DNA from: a virus
Lineage: Duplodnaviria; Caudoviricetes
Virus record (IMG/VR): IMGVR_UViG_3300045594_000116
Coordinates: 128,001-192,000 of that record
DNA length: 64,000 bases
Strand: one strand, 5' to 3'
The position numbers and the translations under genes were made by a program. The notes beneath the pieces were generated by a model. That model ran no database searches, was not told where the DNA came from, and was given only the letters and a program-made list of their open reading frames with translations. Of the stretch, positions 58,172 to 64,000 are shown piece by piece (the first letter of the stretch is position 1; the number at the start of each line of letters is the position of its first letter).

Positions 58172-60316
58172 TTAGATGGTCTTAAGCATCTTGCTAAATT
58201 CGTCTAAGAACTCTTCTCTTTCCATGATCTCTGCATCTTTGTCAGCATTTCCGATAGCTATAATGCGATACTCACCATTTGCATTCTTAAATGCCTTGGT
58301 AAAGAACTTATCTTTATCTAGTGGGACATCGCATTTGAGCTGAACCTCATCATCTGTACTTTCATAGCCACAAGAATTAAGGCAGAACTTAATCCCCATA
58401 GCAGCCTGCTTCGCACTATCCAAGGATACATTGTAGAAGCGCGTCTTATCTTTATTGGTGATAAAAGCAAACTTAACGGTATCCCCAAATTTATCGAAGC
58501 CAAATTCCTGATTCAGCCGTTCTCTTTGCAATCTAACTGAATTCATCTTGAACTTTCTAGAAGCAACAGAATCAGAAATACATTTCGTCATATAGCTTAC
58601 AGCACAGATAAGATCATTCTTTTCCATAACTTCATCTTCATCTGAACATGCAGCTAGCAGCATGATCTTACTATCATGGAATTCGTCCTCATATGTTCTG
58701 ATTAGGAATCCATTTGGATTGTTGAATTTATTAGTAGAGGCATTCGTCTCTACAATATTCTTGTAACCATACGATTCCAACGTAAGATCAAGTATGAAGA
58801 TAATGGACTTTGCATCTTCAATACTAACAGGATAGAATTCAAGTTTGTCATTTGGATAATCCATTAGAGCAAACTTAACCTTGTCCGTTCCCATCTTTTC
58901 AGGATCGAATTTTTCTTGGACTTTAGAAGGAGACTCTTTTGGATCTGCCTCCATATTGCTATCAGATTTGTTGATAGTTCTATCCCGTCTATAGGGAGGG
59001 CGAGTCTGAATCTTCCCTTTTTCATCATAGCTAATAGTGGAATTTACGTAGTTAGCATCGATAGCGTCAATAACTTCTGTTATTGTTAATACAGGATAAA
59101 ACCTAATATCTTGTGATGCTGTCTTCGTAAAAATGATCTTTAAGCTATGGTGCTCAGGATCGTCGAATCCAAAAGTTGTACCATTTGCCTCGCCATACAT
59201 CTTTTGTAGAGTTTCTTTGAATTTATCCATCTCTTCATAAAGAATAATAAAACTGCTTGTATTGATACTAGTGCCATCTTTGTCGCACAAGCTATACAAT
59301 CCAGAGATTACGGATTTCGTGTAACTCTCCTCTTTCTCCAGAGTTTCAAACATGCTAGCCTTGATGTCATTAACTATCTTGGTTATGGGTTCTTTCTTAT
59401 CCCCCTTATCATTTACAGAGTTTGCTTCTACTACATCTAATTTCCTTTTTATGGATTCAACAGACAATGCACCACCCCCAGTGATGATATCAATTTCTGT
59501 AACCAGACTATCACACGTTCTAGCAACCAAGCAGATATCTTCTACCATCTCAGCTGGAGTCTTTCCAAACTCATTGATAGGATGCTCTTCTTTGATCACC
59601 TCAATATCCAATGAGATTTTATTGTGCTTATATTCTATAACAGCTGAGCCTTTCCCGCTGAGAAACCAAGTCCCGAATTTTGTATTCAGTTCTTTTTTAG
59701 CATCGATGGTCTCGCATCTAAGATAATACTCAGAACGAGTCAGTAATCTAGGTGCATGGTTAGTAATATTCAGTGAGAAACCAACGATAACCTTTGTATG
59801 GGTGTACGAATCATCTTTAGGAATGATGGTTTTGCTTGGATCTTCTTCCTTGTAGTTATTCAGTTGACTTGCCTGAATATGCATGATTACTCCATACTTT
59901 GATTTGAATACGACAGTCTTGATTCCTGCATTCTTGATCATACGCTTACAGAGCAGGCATGGCGCTCCAGATGCCAACGTGCCATCTGCATTCTCTCCAT
60001 AGATATAGATGGTAGAACCAATCATACGCTGTTTAGTACAATTGATGATAGCATTCTGCTCAGCATGTACGGCTTTGCAGAGTTCGTATCTTTCTCCTTT
60101 TGGCACATGGAGTTCTTCACGCTTGCACTCTCCATAATCAGAGCAATTCTCTTCTCCCACCGGAGAGCCATTGTATCCACTAGATACAATGGCATTTGAC
60201 GTATCAACAATAACTGCACCGTATTTACGGCGCAGACAAGTGGATCTCATAGAAATTGCTTTTGCTACATTCAAGAAATATTCGTCCCATGATGGGCGTG
60301 CTGCTGTTGTTTTCAT
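58172..60316 (-). CDS. dCMP deaminase fused to long repeated domains
   Basis: N-terminal RPSWDEYF...RSTCLRR...GYNG...HAEQNA...PCLLC; ~560-aa extension with internal duplications. Confidence 0.85.
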   Translation of the reverse strand: MKTTAARPSWDEYFLNVAKAISMRSTCLRRKYGAVIVDTSNAIVSSGYNGSPVGEENCSDYGECKREELHVPKGERYELCKAVHAEQNAIINCTKQRMIGSTIYIYGENADGTLASGAPCLLCKRMIKNAGIKTVVFKSKYGVIMHIQASQLNNYKEEDPSKTIIPKDDSYTHTKVIVGFSLNITNHAPRLLTRSEYYLRCETIDAKKELNTKFGTWFLSGKGSAVIEYKHNKISLDIEVIKEEHPINEFGKTPAEMVEDICLVARTCDSLVTEIDIITGGGALSVESIKRKLDVVEANSVNDKGDKKEPITKIVNDIKASMFETLEKEESYTKSVISGLYSLCDKDGTSINTSSFIILYEEMDKFKETLQKMYGEANGTTFGFDDPEHHSLKIIFTKTASQDIRFYPVLTITEVIDAIDANYVNSTISYDEKGKIQTRPPYRRDRTINKSDSNMEADPKESPSKVQEKFDPEKMGTDKVKFALMDYPNDKLEFYPVSIEDAKSIIFILDLTLESYGYKNIVETNASTNKFNNPNGFLIRTYEDEFHDSKIMLLAACSDEDEVMEKNDLICAVSYMTKCISDSVASRKFKMNSVRLQRERLNQEFGFDKFGDTVKFAFITNKDKTRFYNVSLDSAKQAAMGIKFCLNSCGYESTDDEVQLKCDVPLDKDKFFTKAFKNANGEYRIIAIGNADKDAEIMEREEFLDEFSKMLKTI

Positions 60317-60318
60317 AA

Positions 60319-60528
60319 TTAATATATCCTCCCCTGAGATACTATAATCAAATTAGTAAGAAGCACGGTTAGCAATACCAATATCGCTATGATTAGCGTA
60401 TCGATATTGCAAAACTCGTGTTTAATCCGAAGCATCATGTATCGAAGATCTTCCTTAGCTCTTACCCTCGGATTCAACCTGCTCTGTATCCTCTTCAAAT
60501 GCTCCGGAAGTATCGTAATCTTTTTCAT
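60319..60528 (-). CDS. possible small membrane protein
   Basis: One hydrophobic helix; overlaps the upstream gene, so the start may be later (MMLRIK). Confidence 0.4.
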   Translation of the reverse strand: MKKITILPEHLKRIQSRLNPRVRAKEDLRYMMLRIKHEFCNIDTLIIAILVLLTVLLTNLIIVSQGRIY

Positions 60529-61810
60529 CTAATGCTGGCCTCCCGTCATTAAGCCAAACTAAGATAGGATGTTTTTGAATGGCATCCGTTGTATCGGTTG
60601 AATACAGATATGCTGCTGTGCATGTCAGTACAGAACGTCGAGTATCAATATTCAATACATCAATCTGCGCCAGATATCTAATGAAGTCTTCTGCTTTAGG
60701 ACCTCCTACAAATTCTGCCGGTTTCGAATCGGTTGGGTATCTGAACAGATAATCAAATACCAACTTTTCGAGATAGTCCATATAGATAAATTGCCTACGC
60801 ATGAAGATCATCTTCTTCATGGCTTCGACAAATTCTTTTGAGATCTCATTACTGCCATTGCAATAGTCTCTTACTGCTGTAATAAGAAGCTCCAAAAAAT
60901 CATTGATGTTCGCTTCGTTAAACCATATTTCCATCAGCATTTTTTCTCTTTCAGAATACTTATGCTTCTTATATGGCTTAGCAGTATTTGCTTCAGGCTG
61001 CTTGTTACCGTCAATGAAACCATCTTTATAATCCATCAGCCCTAATGTACGCAAGAACTTAACAAAATTAACTGTTCTAGATCCACCATTATAGTCTATG
61101 GTCAAAGCGTCTTCATGCAAGATAAAAGCATCGCGCGCCAGACTGATAAAGAGAGGCTTATCGATCTCATTTATCTTAAACGTAAGTATCCTCTTTATCG
61201 AATCGATGTATTCATCAGGAACGGAGCCTTCTTCATAAGCACAATAGTCTTTCACAATATCAATGATATCGCGTAAAATGCAGTTGATATTCATTGTCAT
61301 GCCTGAAAGCTCAATAGATTCTCCGTCATGCTCAATGAAAAAAGATATAATGCGTAGCACTTTTTCTCTTCGTTTAATATCTTCCACCGTCACATCTCCT
61401 TGTAATTTATTCCTAGTGAGGTCTTTCTTATGCGGCATTTCTTTCGGGGCACTCCCAAATTTGAAGCTCATCAATCCTAGTTCAACTAAGAATGAAATGA
61501 ACTGTCTTGCTTTGTCCCCTTGAACGCTTATTCCCGAAGAGTCTTCTTCCAGGATAATATCCTTACGTACCAATCCTGTAAGAAGGGGTATGTCTATATC
61601 TTTAGCTTTGTACTTGATCAGTTTCTTTATTGAACAGACATCTGCATCAGAGATGGCTCCATCTGCACCGGCACAATATTCTTTCATAGCACCGATGATA
61701 TCGTATAATAAAATACCATTGATGTCTATATAGTCACCTTGATCAGCTCCACCTTTACTCTCGAAAGATGCTATGACATCTAGCAATCTTTCTTTCCTAA
61801 GATTTTCCAT
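60455..61810 (-). CDS. protein of three tandem ~130-aa helical repeats
   Basis: Repeats contain (K/R)(E/D)YC, (S/A)(I/M)K(K/R) and FI.FL..LGLM-like endings. Confidence 0.75.
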   Translation of the reverse strand: MENLRKERLLDVIASFESKGGADQGDYIDINGILLYDIIGAMKEYCAGADGAISDADVCSIKKLIKYKAKDIDIPLLTGLVRKDIILEEDSSGISVQGDKARQFISFLVELGLMSFKFGSAPKEMPHKKDLTRNKLQGDVTVEDIKRREKVLRIISFFIEHDGESIELSGMTMNINCILRDIIDIVKDYCAYEEGSVPDEYIDSIKRILTFKINEIDKPLFISLARDAFILHEDALTIDYNGGSRTVNFVKFLRTLGLMDYKDGFIDGNKQPEANTAKPYKKHKYSEREKMLMEIWFNEANINDFLELLITAVRDYCNGSNEISKEFVEAMKKMIFMRRQFIYMDYLEKLVFDYLFRYPTDSKPAEFVGGPKAEDFIRYLAQIDVLNIDTRRSVLTCTAAYLYSTDTTDAIQKHPILVWLNDGRPALDEKDYDTSGAFEEDTEQVESEGKS

Positions 61811-61822
61811 CCCTACATCTCC

Positions 61823-62233
61823 TTATAATTTGCTCTTGATGATATCTTTCTTATGCAGCATTTCTTTCCACACACCGAGAGTATATCCCATTTTGATAAA
61901 CAGCATCTTAGCCTCTACTGTCATTCCGACAAGACCAGCTGTATGCATTTCATCGATTACCGCCTGCTCAAAGTCATAGGATGCTTTCTTAGCCAACTGC
62001 CAATTGATAACATCTTTTCCATAAAGATGAGTTACTGCAAGACTCTGATAAGTCTTTTGCTGAAACTTCGTCTTAATGAAACCATCACTGGTATCTTCAA
62101 TATTCTGGATAACGGCTTTACGTTCATTATCACTTGTGGTTTTCTTAAGATCCTCTACCAAGAGAATGATATCACCAAGTGCAACAACCATCTCGAAGTA
62201 TTCGGATTCCAATTCCTTAACGTCTACTAGCAT
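61823..62233 (-). CDS. hypothetical protein
   Basis: aaggag RBS; operon context. Confidence 0.7.
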   Translation of the reverse strand: MLVDVKELESEYFEMVVALGDIILLVEDLKKTTSDNERKAVIQNIEDTSDGFIKTKFQQKTYQSLAVTHLYGKDVINWQLAKKASYDFEQAVIDEMHTAGLVGMTVEAKMLFIKMGYTLGVWKEMLHKKDIIKSKL

Positions 62234-62405
62234 CTTTATTTCTCCTTTTTCTTATTATTAGCAAATAGCCAACTATCAGTATAGCATATAAGATAAAAAC
62301 GTAAATACCACCATTGCCAAATTGAAGCAATCCAAATATAGTATTTAGAAGTAAAGCAACGTATAGAATATTATTTCTTATACGATATTTCTTTTCTTCC
62401 TGCAT
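62217..62405 (-). CDS. small two-TM membrane protein
   Basis: Start MQEEKK after ggagg; two hydrophobic segments and a basic tail. Confidence 0.6.
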   Translation of the reverse strand: MQEEKKYRIRNNILYVALLLNTIFGLLQFGNGGIYVFILYAILIVGYLLIIRKRRNKDASRR

Positions 62406-62406
62406 C

Positions 62407-64000
62407 TTACATTCCTCCATATTGATAGATGACATTTCCATCTAGCTTCAATGTTGGATCGCTATTCCTGAGAACAATTAGATCCGCATCATACATGCTA
62501 AGTTCGCTGTTATGGCTGATCATTATACATTGCTCATATGAAAGCATTTTCATCAGAGTATTCAATACCGTGATAAACTGCAATCTGTTTTGTGGATCTA
62601 ATCCGCCATCAATCTCATCTAACTTGATTATAGAATAATCATTAGATGTAGAACGAAGCAGTGCAAAGCTAACAATCATGCTGATCATACATACTTGAGC
62701 TGTACTCATAGAAGAGATATCATCATTCATAATACCTCTTCCCAAGCATGGCATCTTAAACTCTTTCTCATTGATAATGAATGGATGTAATACGAATTCT
62801 CCATTGAAGAATGACTTTAGAAGTTCATTAGACGTAGAGAGAATCCCATTCATAAACATCTCCATATACACAGTCTGTATTCCAGTAGTTGGAGATGCAT
62901 AATATTTGATCTTCTCAGTCATGTCATATTCAGATGAATACTTCTTGTACTGATCGAGATAATCATTATAGAGTACGATCTTATACTTAGCCTTCTGCAA
63001 GTTATCCTGATTCTTTGGAATAAGATCAGTATTGATCATTTCCAATTCAGACATATCTGCATCCATAGTTTCTTTGATTGTTGTAGCCGCTGTAAAACTT
63101 GCTTCGAGCCTAGGTAACTTATCAGTTATCTCATCTATTCTCTTAGATAAGTTCTGATATTGAATCTTGGTCTGATATAGATTCGTATCAGTAGATAAGG
63201 ATTTGTTAAGTTCACTGATCTCACCAGCATAAGAATCTATCTTCTTCTTAGCATCTTCTTCATCATGACGATAAGCTGCATATGCCGCCCTATCTTTATT
63301 GATGGATTCCGTTAAGAATAAGATTTCTGCTTCATTCTTTGATAGCGATGACTTCTGATCTTTGAATCTCTGAATATCTGCCTTAGTAGTTTTAACAACA
63401 GTGATCAGATTAGAACGGTCAAGATAACCCTTCGTATCCATCATTACCTGCTGATTGCTAAGCATGAATTTAGCATAGCTATCAATATCTCTTACCCATT
63501 CTAACCCATGGAACTTAGTAAGAATAGTCTGAGGTATAGATTCATAAAATCTGAATACCTCCATTTTACATTGCATAACTTTACCGCTAGCTTTCTGCAA
63601 AGCTATCATATCTTGCAATGCATGCTCTTGCTCATCTAATGCAGCATTCAACTTGCTAAAGTCATCTTCAGATAGTAAGCAGCTCTTAGCGCTTACAACC
63701 TCTTCAATGAATGGGCAATCACTCAAATGATTACAGTCATCTGGAATCAGAGAGAATGTTTTGCATTGGTCTTTAAGGGTTCTTTGACGAACTATTAAAG
63801 CTTTAGAATCCGAAATAGATTCTCTAAGTTTCTCTATAGATTCATCTGATGGTGCTGCATTAGAACCAACTATCCCGAATGCCTCTTCTAAGATATTATC
63901 TTCGTAAGTATCTCTGATATATTGGATATGAGATTTGAGCCTCTGTACGAACTGAACCGCCGTATCATACTCATCTCTAGTTACATCATCATACTTATCA
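62407..64000 (-). CDS. sbcC: SbcC/Rad50-like SMC ATPase, 5'-truncated by the window edge
   Basis: Frame open to the window end; CNHLSDCPF hook-like motif, coiled coil, signature MSTAQ, Walker B IIKLDEIDGGLD, ISH. Confidence 0.88.
   Translation of the reverse strand, partial: DKYDDVTRDEYDTAVQFVQRLKSHIQYIRDTYEDNILEEAFGIVGSNAAPSDESIEKLRESISDSKALIVRQRTLKDQCKTFSLIPDDCNHLSDCPFIEEVVSAKSCLLSEDDFSKLNAALDEQEHALQDMIALQKASGKVMQCKMEVFRFYESIPQTILTKFHGLEWVRDIDSYAKFMLSNQQVMMDTKGYLDRSNLITVVKTTKADIQRFKDQKSSLSKNEAEILFLTESINKDRAAYAAYRHDEEDAKKKIDSYAGEISELNKSLSTDTNLYQTKIQYQNLSKRIDEITDKLPRLEASFTAATTIKETMDADMSELEMINTDLIPKNQDNLQKAKYKIVLYNDYLDQYKKYSSEYDMTEKIKYYASPTTGIQTVYMEMFMNGILSTSNELLKSFFNGEFVLHPFIINEKEFKMPCLGRGIMNDDISSMSTAQVCMISMIVSFALLRSTSNDYSIIKLDEIDGGLDPQNRLQFITVLNTLMKMLSYEQCIMISHNSELSMYDADLIVLRNSDPTLKLDGNVIYQYGGM

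Noticed and set aside
1-64000. Stop-codon reassignment (TAG or TGA)
   Set aside because: Core genes are intact under code 11; TGA ends several genes, including ATGA overlaps; only one suspicious in-frame TGA was seen.
1-64000. CRISPR array or mini-array
   Set aside because: No regularly spaced direct repeats seen; the repeated CCCTCTAC hairpins are dispersed single elements.

Overview
This 64-kb window is part of a jumbo myophage genome that most resembles the AR9/PBS1/phiR1-37 branch of phiKZ-related phages. The host is probably a Firmicute (strong AAGGAGG Shine-Dalgarno sites). It uses the standard genetic code. Virion genes: major capsid, T4 gp21-type prohead protease, portal, large terminase, tail sheath and tube, and SPRY-like and C-type-lectin-like accessory proteins. 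Transcription genes: a beta-prime C-terminal RNAP subunit plus candidate further subunits. Replication genes: primase, SF2 helicase, SbcC/Rad50 ATPase, dCMP deaminase, and a family B DNA polymerase split over two distant genes, one interrupted by a 405-nt group I intron exactly within motif B. Also present are a GroEL-like chaperonin, two tandem Tad1-family anti-defence proteins and an orphan HicB. Two promoter classes are visible: ATATATTATA (early-type) and NACA-N6-TA (late-type). The most novel-looking items are: (i) a helical protein gene followed by a ~440-nt structured non-coding RNA with a long-range closing stem, periodic TTAA motifs and an embedded tRNA-like domain lacking an anticodon loop; (ii) two dispersed copies of a conserved ~120-nt structured leader, each driving an unannotated ~50-aa ORF beside a DNA polymerase gene; (iii) G-run frameshifts in two adjacent SPRY-like genes; (iv) a shared KKxVMHLV-type terminal peptide motif. 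All family assignments come from motif recognition by eye; no database searches were run.
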